54,322 bases of DNA from a virus. Its lineage: Duplodnaviria; Caudoviricetes. Where the stretch lies: IMG/VR virus record IMGVR_UViG_3300020436_002755, positions 1 to 54,322 of that record; one strand, given 5' to 3'. Below the pieces are notes generated by a model. It worked only from the letters and a program-made list of their open reading frames with translations, did no database searches and was not told the origin of the DNA. Shown one piece after another: positions 1 through 7,779 of the stretch. Numbering within the stretch: the stretch's first letter is position 1; each line of letters starts with the position of its first letter. The position numbers were made by a program, and so were the translations under genes.

Positions 1-260
1 ACTGTGACTGTCATCTCAATCGGCATGAGTTCTCCTGTCACTTTCTTGATAGGTAATTTACCTTCAGTTGCACCATGTAGTGCATCTTCTATACTCTCAA
101 ACTGATGATCAGGATCTTCTTTGATCATCGTATTGAGTTCTTCTTTAGCATCGTCTGGTAGAATGTCATCTATCATCTTACCGACATGGTCTTTGGCGAG
201 GTTTTGGGCTTTGTCCATAACTAGCCCAGATACTACATTGAATAGTAGCATAGGTAACAT
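1..260 (-). CDS. Hypothetical protein, 3'-truncated by window edge
   Basis: Open frame from ATG at 260 (MLPMLLFNVVSGLVMDKAQNLAKDHVGKM...) running off the left end; AGGGGA SD-like sequence upstream. Not in the ORF track. Confidence 0.75.
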   Translation of the reverse strand, partial: MLPMLLFNVVSGLVMDKAQNLAKDHVGKMIDDILPDDAKEELNTMIKEDPDHQFESIEDALHGATEGKLPIKKVTGELMPIEMTVT

Positions 261-268
261 AATATCCC

Positions 269-679
269 CTAATTAAGTAGTGGTTGCTTTTCAACCCGTT
301 TCAGTTTTCTCAACTCATATTTTAAGAGTCTCTTAGTAATAATTTCCATCACTTTTTCAATATCTATAATACTTTTACTTTCTATTTCTTCTGCTATTTT
401 TTTACCAATCTCAGGTGTATTGTACCATGTTGATTTCCACACACCCTTGACTGTCACTGGCCATTCTTTTGGATTGTCATATACGATATTGTTGTCTTCA
501 TTTACCCATCTTAAATGCAACACCCCAATAAAACCAATCTCTTCGTTACCGAATCCTTGAACGATGTCTTTAATTCCAAGACTTTGTAAATAGGGAAACT
601 TAATATCGCAATACAGTTTATGACGAAACTGTATCTCCATTGCATGTTGTAATAATTTTCTTTCTTTGTCATCCATCAA
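269..679 (-). CDS. Hypothetical protein
   Basis: 136-aa ORF in a tightly coupled minus-strand gene run; no motif recognised. Confidence 0.7.
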   Translation of the reverse strand: MMDDKERKLLQHAMEIQFRHKLYCDIKFPYLQSLGIKDIVQGFGNEEIGFIGVLHLRWVNEDNNIVYDNPKEWPVTVKGVWKSTWYNTPEIGKKIAEEIESKSIIDIEKVMEIITKRLLKYELRKLKRVEKQPLLN

Positions 680-921
680 TTAATCTTAAATGTTCTATCA
701 ACCACTCTCAATTTCTCATCTTCATGGTCGTAAATAAATGCTTCTTTCACTGGCCCATCAATATTCTTGTCCCAGTAATCTAAAAATTGAGTAATTCTTG
801 GGTAATCAGGTTGTTGATCTCGTGTCTGCCATATAAATTCGTTGATCAAATTCAAATAATCGGGAATATAATACACTACTTGCACGGATGCAGTCGTCCA
901 TTTCTTTATTATATAAGCCAT
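676..921 (-). CDS. Usg-like family protein
   Basis: Pattern TTAxVxYYIPDYxNLINEFIWQxxDxxPDYPRxxxFLDYWxxNIDGPV matches the alphaproteobacterial Usg family; AGGAG SD. Confidence 0.75.
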   Translation of the reverse strand: MAYIIKKWTTASVQVVYYIPDYLNLINEFIWQTRDQQPDYPRITQFLDYWDKNIDGPVKEAFIYDHEDEKLRVVDRTFKIN

Positions 922-972
922 CTTTACTCTCCTCTAGTTCTTGTTCTGCTTCTCTTATTTCTTCAGGTGATA

Positions 973-1257
973 TCATTTTCTTAATTCCTGTCTTAATTTG
1001 ATTTTTTCAACTAACTCATTTGTCATCTTCAATTGCTCAAGTTTTCTTGCAACTCTTGCTGACTTTGAATTTTTCTCTCTTTGTTCTTCTCTCTTGGCCG
1101 CTTTTTCAAAGTTTGCATACAGTCTCTTACAATGTTTCTCTATTGCTTCTGCATGTTCTTCAAACTCTCTTCTTTCAATTCCAAGTATATCAACCCAAGC
1201 ATAGTATTCCATCAAGTATTCACGAGCAGGCTTGTACTTCTCGTAATACGTTTCCAT
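973..1257 (-). CDS. Hypothetical coiled-coil protein
   Basis: 94-aa charged helical ORF, translationally coupled to the upstream gene. Confidence 0.6.
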   Translation of the reverse strand: METYYEKYKPAREYLMEYYAWVDILGIERREFEEHAEAIEKHCKRLYANFEKAAKREEQREKNSKSARVARKLEQLKMTNELVEKIKLRQELRK

Positions 1258-1670
1258 CAGTTGTGTCGAAAGTACCTTAACTTTCCCCTTAATTTAAGAT
1301 TTAATTTCTCATGAAATTCAGGTCGCTTGATCATATCATTAGCATATGCAGGCATCACACCTTTCTTGTGTGATATCGTAATGTGAGCGGGACCTGGCAT
1401 CTGTCTTTCAAGCCCGTTTATATCTACGATGACCGCATCAATCTTATCATCACTTACGTATCTTGATGTGCTTATCGAAAAAGATCTGCCTAACATACTA
1501 TCAAGCACACCACTAACTGTTTCGCTTGGCTTATATGCTATAGTTATATGATTTGATGATTTAACTTCAAATTGGCCATGCTTTTTCACTTCTAATTGTG
1601 ATTTAGGATCTAATTCTATAGCATAATATCCGTCTATGTTCTCAATAATATAAGATGAAAATCCAATCAT
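1257..1670 (-). CDS. 2H phosphoesterase (cyclic phosphodiesterase-fold) protein with capsid-targeting-like N-terminus
   Basis: Two HxT-hydrophobic motifs (NHITIAY and AHITISH) about 55 aa apart; N-terminus MIGFSSYIIE. Confidence 0.65.
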   Translation of the reverse strand: MIGFSSYIIENIDGYYAIELDPKSQLEVKKHGQFEVKSSNHITIAYKPSETVSGVLDSMLGRSFSISTSRYVSDDKIDAVIVDINGLERQMPGPAHITISHKKGVMPAYANDMIKRPEFHEKLNLKLRGKLRYFRHN

Positions 1671-2491
1671 TTATTCATTTCTTTTGTTTTTTTCTTCATC
1701 TTATTGATATATGTACGATAAACAGAGGCGGCACTCGCTTTTCCTGCCGCTTTTGCTCTTTGCTCCATCGCAATAGCGGCTTGAATTTTGTGTGCGTGTT
1801 TCTTACCACTATTCTTTATCTTTGATACACTCGCTTTAGCATCAGCAGGTGTAGCGAATTTAAGACCGTGTATTGTGCCTTTTGGGTTTTCATCTGTATA
1901 TAAATCTGAATGTTTTTTGCTACCCGCTGGTTGCCCTGCCTTACGAGGTATTCTAGGATTACTTTCTTCTTTTAAATAATATTTGTTTTTAGGATCTGCA
2001 TCATTTGATTCATCGGGCCACCATTCTAATTCGTACTTCTCACCGTTCTCAAACATTTTTCTCATGCCAAGAATACGTTTTTCATATTCTTTTTTTGATG
2101 GTTGCACTCTCTCTGCGACAACATCAAGAACATAATTAAGAGTTGTGGCATTAGCAGTTATTGAACCACATCTCGCACCAACCTCACCTTTTAAAAAATC
2201 AATCAGAATGCTACCGCTAGATTCAGCGAGTGGTTCTGCAAACTTTTCTGGAACTTGTAAGTCAATATAACAATAAATGAAATCGTAATGTGGTGCTGGT
2301 GATCCGTGCAAAATATATTCATCTTTGATCACAATTCTTTTAAAACCATCTTTACTAAACCAGCATAATTGGCTGTTTGTCATTTCATCAGGCTTACCAA
2401 AAGTTTTTTCTAAGTGTTTAGCATAATTGACAGGCTCTTCATTTCCCCAATATGCATATTCTTCGGTCATGAATTTTACAAATGATCTCAT
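1667..2491 (-). CDS. Putative internal head protein, two modules
   Basis: N-terminus MRSFVKFMTEE resembles the T4 capsid-targeting sequence; a second basic module (SNPRIPRKAGQPAGSKKHSDLYTDENPKGT...) starts after LKEE. Confidence 0.6.
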   Translation of the reverse strand: MRSFVKFMTEEYAYWGNEEPVNYAKHLEKTFGKPDEMTNSQLCWFSKDGFKRIVIKDEYILHGSPAPHYDFIYCYIDLQVPEKFAEPLAESSGSILIDFLKGEVGARCGSITANATTLNYVLDVVAERVQPSKKEYEKRILGMRKMFENGEKYELEWWPDESNDADPKNKYYLKEESNPRIPRKAGQPAGSKKHSDLYTDENPKGTIHGLKFATPADAKASVSKIKNSGKKHAHKIQAAIAMEQRAKAAGKASAASVYRTYINKMKKKTKEMNK

Positions 2492-2670
2492 GCTGATCCT
2501 CCATATTTTTTTGATTTCACCTTCTTGCCTTTATGTTCTCCACCAGTTCTCTTAATTGCACCTCTTGATTTGCATGATGCTACACAAGAAAAACCTTTTG
2601 GTGAATTGCAATTGCAATGTGACATGTCTCGTTCATACATTTTTTCGCAATAACTTCTGAATGTATTCAT
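2488..2670 (-). CDS. Small Cys-containing basic protein, putative internal head protein
   Basis: MNTFRSYCE N-terminus; CNCNSPKGFSCVASC motif; overlapping stop/start with both neighbours. Confidence 0.6.
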   Translation of the reverse strand: MNTFRSYCEKMYERDMSHCNCNSPKGFSCVASCKSRGAIKRTGGEHKGKKVKSKKYGGSA

Positions 2671-3077
2671 ACTGTCAATTTCTGATTAGGTGTTTTAAAG
2701 TCTTTCTTACGCATTATTGTCTTAGCAACTAGATCTATTTCTTTTCTCTTATCGTCATATGCTAAAACAAATGGCATGTTGATGTCCGTCTGCATGTCAT
2801 GAATAACTGCTTGAGCATCATCACCCATCTTGGGAATCTTTTTACCGTGTTTTTTATATGTTTGTTTGAAAAGTCTAGTTAATTCTGCGGTATTGATAGG
2901 TTTTTGATTTCGTTTATCATTAACTCTATCAATGAAATGACGGGTAAAATTGATGTCTATATTGACCGCCTTGAAAAGACGGTCAGCATAGGTTTCGATT
3001 TGATTTAATTGTGTTTGTGTTATGTCTTCATTTATAAACAATATATCATGGCGACAAAATCTTTTAAATGTCTGCAT
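2667..3077 (-). CDS. Conserved T4-like phage protein, possible RelE/BECR-fold RNase
   Basis: FTRHFIDRVND motif and C-terminal KTIMRKKDF; MQTFKRF N-terminus; late promoter directly upstream. RNase call is inference. Confidence 0.5.
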   Translation of the reverse strand: MQTFKRFCRHDILFINEDITQTQLNQIETYADRLFKAVNIDINFTRHFIDRVNDKRNQKPINTAELTRLFKQTYKKHGKKIPKMGDDAQAVIHDMQTDINMPFVLAYDDKRKEIDLVAKTIMRKKDFKTPNQKLTV

Positions 3078-3082
3078 GATTA

Positions 3083-3090
3083 TATTTATA
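3083..3090 (-). promoter_or_regulatory. T4-type late promoter TATAAATA
   Basis: Exact consensus on minus strand, 5 nt upstream of the ATG at 3077. Confidence 0.75.
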
Positions 3091-3094
3091 AATT

Positions 3095-3274
3095 TTACAT
3101 ATTGTTTTTCTTTTCTTGAATTTCTGCCCTACGAGACTTGGCAAGTTTTCCTATCTCGCCTAATGCTTTTCTTGCTCTGGCGGCAGATGCTTTGACACCT
3201 TTTTCCTCAAAGTTTTGATGCTCTGAAAGATAGGTTTCGTATTGTTCTACAATTTGCGTATGAAATTCTGACAT
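3095..3274 (-). CDS. Histone H1-like (Hc1-like) small basic protein
   Basis: 59-aa ORF missing from the track: MSEFHTQIVEQYETYLSEHQNFEEKGVKASAARARKALGEIGKLAKSRRAEIQEKKNNM; GxKAxAxRARKAL motif; GAAAGGA SD. Confidence 0.75.
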   Translation of the reverse strand: MSEFHTQIVEQYETYLSEHQNFEEKGVKASAARARKALGEIGKLAKSRRAEIQEKKNNM

Positions 3275-3286
3275 ATTATCCTTTCA

Positions 3287-3511
3287 TTAAAATATATCAT
3301 CCCAATGTTTTTTAATCTCTTTAATCTCATTAATGAGATCTTTTGCTCGTTGTCTCTCAGCCGCCTCTCTCTTCAATTTCTTTTTGAGAGAGGGTTTTAC
3401 ATAATATCTTTTGGATTTATATGTCTCAAGAGTACCTTCAGCATTTACCAAAGACTTGAATTGAGTGAGGAGTTTTTGATTGTTTCTACCTTTACTTTTT
3501 ACACTAATCAT
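3287..3511 (-). CDS. rpsU: Ribosomal protein bS21, phage-encoded
   Basis: 74 aa; LxxFKxxVxxEGxLxxYKxKRYYVKPSxKKKLKREAAERQR is the bS21 signature. Confidence 0.85.
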   Translation of the reverse strand: MISVKSKGRNNQKLLTQFKSLVNAEGTLETYKSKRYYVKPSLKKKLKREAAERQRAKDLINEIKEIKKHWDDIF

Positions 3512-3539
3512 AATATTTCACGTTAAAGTTAAAAAAAAT

Positions 3540-3568
3540 AGTATAACAAACTTATATTAGTTTGTCAA
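3540..3568 (-). promoter_or_regulatory. Sigma70-type early promoter for the bS21/Hc1 genes, with overlapping palindrome
   Basis: TTGACA-17 nt-TATACT; spacer carries the inverted repeat ACAAACT-N6-AGTTTGT. Confidence 0.75.
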
Positions 3569-3569
3569 G

Positions 3570-3869
3570 TTATACGTCTGTGCTTTCAGTTCTAAAACTA
3601 TTAGTTAAATCTTTCAAAGCATTATAGGCGGCAGTTTTCATCGCATCAACATCGTTTGTATCGACATCATCTGCAATTGTAACTTTAAAATGATTTGTTG
3701 CCAAGGGAGCATTATCTAAACTTCTAGCCGCCTGATTACGATAAACATTTACATTAAAATTCCAAACATTGGTTTCATTAGGCATCAAGTGATAATCATC
3801 ATTTACTTTATAATATGCATCTGGCACTTCCCAACCAAATGTACTCAAATAATTCTTCTCAATAGCCAC
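3570..3869 (-). CDS. Hypothetical phage protein (tail-associated-like)
   Basis: 99 aa; MAIEKNYxSTFGxxVxDAYYKV...AYNALK pattern typical of small phage tail-region proteins. Confidence 0.5.
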   Translation of the reverse strand: MAIEKNYLSTFGWEVPDAYYKVNDDYHLMPNETNVWNFNVNVYRNQAARSLDNAPLATNHFKVTIADDVDTNDVDAMKTAAYNALKDLTNSFRTESTDV

Positions 3870-4152
3870 TTTGATCCTCCCGACCCTTCTCGTTATCTAA
3901 ATGTTTTTCCATTTCTTTATGTTCAGGATCATCTTTCTCCTTGAACCAATAATCAGTTGATTTTGCCAATACTGCTACGTAAGCACCGACCATGATATTA
4001 ATCAAGTCACGAGATGCTTGTGGTAATTCAACATAAAACAACAACCAAATGAGAAAAATAAAAGTAAGTGCTATGATAAGAGTGATTACAAATCTTGCAC
4101 CAAAGTTTAATTTTTTTCTTGCTTCAATTGACTGCATTGTTTTCCCCATCAT
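3859..4152 (-). CDS. Small two-TM membrane protein (holin-like)
   Basis: Two hydrophobic helices, DLINIMVGAYVAVL..DYWF, charged C-terminal tail. Confidence 0.5.
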   Translation of the reverse strand: MMGKTMQSIEARKKLNFGARFVITLIIALTFIFLIWLLFYVELPQASRDLINIMVGAYVAVLAKSTDYWFKEKDDPEHKEMEKHLDNEKGREDQSGY

Positions 4153-4534
4153 TCACTCCATCATTCTTGCTCTTATAATCGGCTATGGCCGCTTTAATAG
4201 CATCCTCCGCTAAAACACTGCAATGTATCTTAACAGGAGGTAGAGACAATTCATCAACAATCTCTGTATTGCTAAGTTTCATTGCCTCATCAATTGGTTT
4301 ATCTTTGACCCACTCTGTGGCGAGTGACGAAGCGGCAATTGCAGAACCGCAACCAAAGGTCTTGAATTTAGCATCTACAATTCGATCATTCTCTACTTGT
4401 ATCTGCAACTTCATCACATCACCGCACTCAGGCGCTCCCACAAGACCAGTACCAACGTTATTGTTAGTGGGATTAAGAGAACCCACATTTCTGGGATTTT
4501 CATAGTGATCTACTACTTTATCTGAATATGCCAT
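4124..4534 (-). CDS. iscU: Fe-S cluster scaffold IscU
   Basis: MAYSDKVVDHYENPRNVG, GAPECGD, FKTFGCGSAIAASS, LPPVKIHCSVLAEDA; start moved to ATG at 4534 (TAATG overlap with iscA stop). Confidence 0.95.
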   Translation of the reverse strand: MAYSDKVVDHYENPRNVGSLNPTNNNVGTGLVGAPECGDVMKLQIQVENDRIVDAKFKTFGCGSAIAASSLATEWVKDKPIDEAMKLSNTEIVDELSLPPVKIHCSVLAEDAIKAAIADYKSKNDGVNDGENNAVN

Positions 4535-4878
4535 TACATATCCTTTATTGGTGTGAAACTTTCTCCACAACCACATGAATGAAGACTTGATTTACGTCTT
4601 ATCACAAAGCCTTGTTCAACTAAATTATCATCTTGAAAATCTATGGTTGCTGATCCGATAATATTATTTAGATGGTGCTTAGACACCACTATCTCAAATC
4701 CGTGTTTTGTACTAAAAACTTCATCCAATGAGTTTCTTGCAAGTGTATCTTCTGTCTGTAAATCCCACTTCCAACCTGAGCATCCACCAGGTCTAGCACT
4801 TAAACGTAGATGCTCATGTTCTTGGATTGCATCATTTACTGCTTCACTTGCTTTTTCTGAAATGTCTATATTATACAC
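4534..4878 (-). CDS. iscA: HesB/IscA-family A-type Fe-S carrier
   Basis: GGCSG and CGCGESF motifs; start codon uncertain. Confidence 0.88.
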   Translation of the reverse strand: MYNIDISEKASEAVNDAIQEHEHLRLSARPGGCSGWKWDLQTEDTLARNSLDEVFSTKHGFEIVVSKHHLNNIIGSATIDFQDDNLVEQGFVIRRKSSLHSCGCGESFTPIKDM

Positions 4879-4897
4879 TACTTTTTTTAATTGTCAA
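4870..4897 (-). promoter_or_regulatory. Sigma70-type promoter
   Basis: TTGACA-16 nt-TATAAT, perfect hexamers; the -10 box lies inside the first codons of the annotated iscA ORF. Confidence 0.65.
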
Positions 4898-4903
4898 GTT
4901 AGT

Positions 4904-5752
4904 CTAAAGTGCTTTCTTGAGTGCTTCTGCAAGACCCACTTTAGATTGATTCTTCTCACTTTCTATATATTTGTCAAGCAAATCGATGAGTGTATCTCTA
5001 TCTTTAAGTGACCACTTATCTGCTTCACCTACTTGAGTACCCCACATAGCAGTTACTACATCACAATTTTGTTTGTATTTGTTTGGATCTTGACCATTAG
5101 ACTTATCATATACGTCATTGTTCCAAACAAAGAAACACTCTTTATACCCTTTACCATCAGTATAAAGTTTTGCAAATGCACTCGGTACTTGCAACTGTGA
5201 CTTACCAATTCTCTTGGGTCTGTTGTTCCAAAATGCAATTGTGACATTTTCTAAACGACCATACTTGACTGCCATTTCACGTTCATGCTTCTCTAATGCT
5301 ATGAACTTATAACGATTAGCAAATGGAGTCTGCGGTACGATGTTAGCCATTGAGTATGTTGCTTTCTGATGCTTCTTGTCCCAATCATGTGAAGCATCTG
5401 ATGCACCAAAATGACCTCTATCATAACCTGTGTTTGTATAGTCTTTTGATGTTGTTCTGTAGTCTTTCTCTACACGTTTATCTGTAAAGAATGGAGGGCG
5501 TTTGTCTATGTCCTCAACTACAGTAGGTCCAGTCACCTCTACATAAACCGCAGTAGGTGACTTTCTCTCGTGATCATAACAAATAGTGAATGTATCAATC
5601 AATATTTGATCGCATTTTTCTTTCGTGAAAAACGACTTAAACGACTCTACATTTGATTTTCTAATGTCACCTTTGGTGACAAAATCGGAAGCAAATGCAA
5701 AGTTAATCCAACCACAAAATAAAATAGTAACCAATGATAATCTCAAATTCAC
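4904..5752 (-). CDS. Secreted DNA/RNA non-specific endonuclease (NucA/Endonuclease_NS family)
   Basis: GYDRGH active site, ATYSMANIVPQ, QVPSAFAK; N-terminal signal peptide. Confidence 0.88.
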   Translation of the reverse strand: MNLRLSLVTILFCGWINFAFASDFVTKGDIRKSNVESFKSFFTKEKCDQILIDTFTICYDHERKSPTAVYVEVTGPTVVEDIDKRPPFFTDKRVEKDYRTTSKDYTNTGYDRGHFGASDASHDWDKKHQKATYSMANIVPQTPFANRYKFIALEKHEREMAVKYGRLENVTIAFWNNRPKRIGKSQLQVPSAFAKLYTDGKGYKECFFVWNNDVYDKSNGQDPNKYKQNCDVVTAMWGTQVGEADKWSLKDRDTLIDLLDKYIESEKNQSKVGLAEALKKAL

Positions 5753-6000
5753 TTTCCCGCTCCTTGTGCTTCTGCTTGTTGTTTTGCCTGGTCGGCCGCA
5801 TTTTTACCAGAAATGAAACCAGCAATAATACCAACGATACCAGTAATTGCCATAGATAACAAATTGATTACGTCTTTATCAGGTGGGCGATTCGTCTGAA
5901 CCGCATTATAAAAATCTCCTAAAGTAATGACGAATAATAATACGATGGTACCACCTGCTAACATCATTACTATCCAATCTTTCATCTCATTTCTTGACAT
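5749..6000 (-). CDS. Small two-TM membrane protein
   Basis: Start moved to ATG at 6000 (GAAAGGA SD); two hydrophobic helices. Confidence 0.6.
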   Translation of the reverse strand: MSRNEMKDWIVMMLAGGTIVLLFVITLGDFYNAVQTNRPPDKDVINLLSMAITGIVGIIAGFISGKNAADQAKQQAEAQGAGK

Positions 6001-6010
6001 AGATCCTTTC

Positions 6011-6100
6011 TTAATTACAACCGCATGGGTCTTCTGGTGTGCATTCGCATGGATCACATTTACAATCCGTGCAACCGCAACATTTTTCGTCTTCTGACAT
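6011..6100 (-). CDS. Metallothionein-like Cys-rich microprotein (29 aa)
   Basis: MSEDEKCCGCTDCKCDPCECTPEDPCGCN*, 9 Cys, mostly in CC/CxC motifs; strong AGGAG SD; not in ORF track. Confidence 0.75.
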   Translation of the reverse strand: MSEDEKCCGCTDCKCDPCECTPEDPCGCN

Positions 6101-6123
6101 TTTATCTCCTATGGTGATACCAT

Positions 6124-6131
6124 TATTTATG
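6124..6131 (-). promoter_or_regulatory. Late-type promoter CATAAATA
   Basis: ATAAATA core 23 nt upstream of the microprotein ATG. Confidence 0.5.
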
Positions 6132-6717
6132 AAAAGAATATAACCTGAAAAGAAAATATTCCTATTGCTAATGATATACCCACAAGAAATGTCATGTAAC
6201 TGTAACGCAAATACTTAAATTTATTCGTTGCAATTACTCTACCTATACCATATATGTCACCTGTCAATGCATCCATAATTTGTGCATCGGTCATCAATCG
6301 TTTAGCGTATTCTTCTTTGTACTCTCGTATTGATATGTGAGCAAAATGCCCAAAGAATAATGGATTATAGAATGGTGAGTTTTTATCAATCTTACCTGAT
6401 TTTGTCTTTGGATAGTCTATCTTTGGCATAATTACGATGATAGCACAAACTAATGCTACAACTGAACATATACCCAATGCCATGAGAGGATATAATAACA
6501 TTTCGTTTGTAATATTTGCAACTGTGATAGAGAATACAATCGAACTGACTGTAATCATGATATTCGCTTTGGTGTCAGCCATCAATGTCAAACGCAATTG
6601 ATTATTATAATTCAATCGCAATATATTATCAACGGCAGTTCTATTCTCTGGTACTTGTTGAAACCCTACATGTGCATCTTCTTTGTGATCGAAATTTGAT
6701 AGGTCCCATTTACTCAT
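6127..6717 (-). CDS. Pycsar-type transmembrane effector (PycTM/DUF5706-like)
   Basis: LxxMADTKANIMI-TM-TM-PK...NPLFFGHF...KFKYLRYSY-TM architecture. Confidence 0.78.
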   Translation of the reverse strand: MSKWDLSNFDHKEDAHVGFQQVPENRTAVDNILRLNYNNQLRLTLMADTKANIMITVSSIVFSITVANITNEMLLYPLMALGICSVVALVCAIIVIMPKIDYPKTKSGKIDKNSPFYNPLFFGHFAHISIREYKEEYAKRLMTDAQIMDALTGDIYGIGRVIATNKFKYLRYSYMTFLVGISLAIGIFSFQVIFFS

Positions 6718-7180
6718 CTTCGTTTCCGTGTCTTATGAAATACTCAAAGTTATAAGCCCACAATGATTCATGAATAAGTTTTGCTCCGTTGCTCGTATGA
6801 AACTTTTTAGCCATTTCTGTTTTTGGTGAGAGTGTTATAAATCTCTCATGTTTATTTTCTATCACCAATTGAGCCAATGCAGTATTTAGTATTTGTCTTC
6901 CCATACCTTTTTGGTGAGACCATACACTATAAAATATCGCTTTGCTACCACCCTTACTAGCACCGCCCCAATGATATTCAGTGAGCAATTGTTCCTCACT
7001 GTCTGGTATTATTCTTGATGTATGCATACAAATGGCGGCAATTAACTTATCTGGCTCACCATAGTAAAATACTCTTGCTCCATTTTTCAATCTTAAAGCA
7101 GGTACGATATGTTTTCTTACAGGATCTGTTTCAATTATTTTACCCACTTCCTGTACGTGAGTTGCTTCTTTTAGCATCAT
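6710..7180 (-). CDS. GNAT-fold acetyltransferase-like phage protein
   Basis: FYSVWSHQKGMGRQIL (acetyl-CoA loop-like) and AKKFHTSNGA motif. Confidence 0.55.
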   Translation of the reverse strand: MMLKEATHVQEVGKIIETDPVRKHIVPALRLKNGARVFYYGEPDKLIAAICMHTSRIIPDSEEQLLTEYHWGGASKGGSKAIFYSVWSHQKGMGRQILNTALAQLVIENKHERFITLSPKTEMAKKFHTSNGAKLIHESLWAYNFEYFIRHGNEDE

Positions 7181-7779
7181 CTCTTGTTGAATCCTATTCG
7201 TTTGTAATCTCTATCTTCATGATATTGATAACCGTCTAATTCTATATCATTCTCATTCCATACTGGTATGATTTCTGTATATTCACCCATGTCTTCATTT
7301 GCTCGTAGATGAACTTCAATCAATTTGTCACCTATAAACTCACAATTAATACAATCATAATCACCTTTCAACTCACTTAATATCGTAGGATAATCTACAA
7401 CATCATCAACCTTTATCCATTTTTTAAACTTCCATAATGGTTCATGAAACTCTCTGATACCTTCAGTTGTCAATCCTTGTTCGTATGTCCTGCTCTTCTT
7501 ATTGAGATTAAAATCTACACTCAAATGCCTACCATCAAATATCTCACACCAAAAATGCCCAGGTGGCAATTCTGTCGTTTCTTTCTCAATGTGTCTAAAC
7601 TCTGCTCCTCTACTCATACCAGCAAGATTGACACACGGTCTTACTATGTATATACCTGGTTCAGGCACCCACATATCAGCAGGGCCACAATTGTATCCCA
7701 ATTTAGTTGATAAAATGCACTTATCAAATATCCATAAGTCATCTTTATGACAACTTATCCATGCTTCATCATCCTCCAT
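7177..7779 (-). CDS. Hypothetical protein, ATP-grasp-like
   Basis: YIVRPCVNLAGMSRGA, FWCEIFDGRHLSVDF and INCEFIGDKLIEVHLR resemble ATP-grasp motifs. Confidence 0.45.
   Translation of the reverse strand: MEDDEAWISCHKDDLWIFDKCILSTKLGYNCGPADMWVPEPGIYIVRPCVNLAGMSRGAEFRHIEKETTELPPGHFWCEIFDGRHLSVDFNLNKKSRTYEQGLTTEGIREFHEPLWKFKKWIKVDDVVDYPTILSELKGDYDCINCEFIGDKLIEVHLRANEDMGEYTEIIPVWNENDIELDGYQYHEDRDYKRIGFNKR

Noticed and set aside
6001-6057. N-terminal extension of ORF 5749..6057
   Set aside because: It overlaps the Cys-rich microprotein in another frame; a good SD precedes the ATG at 6000.
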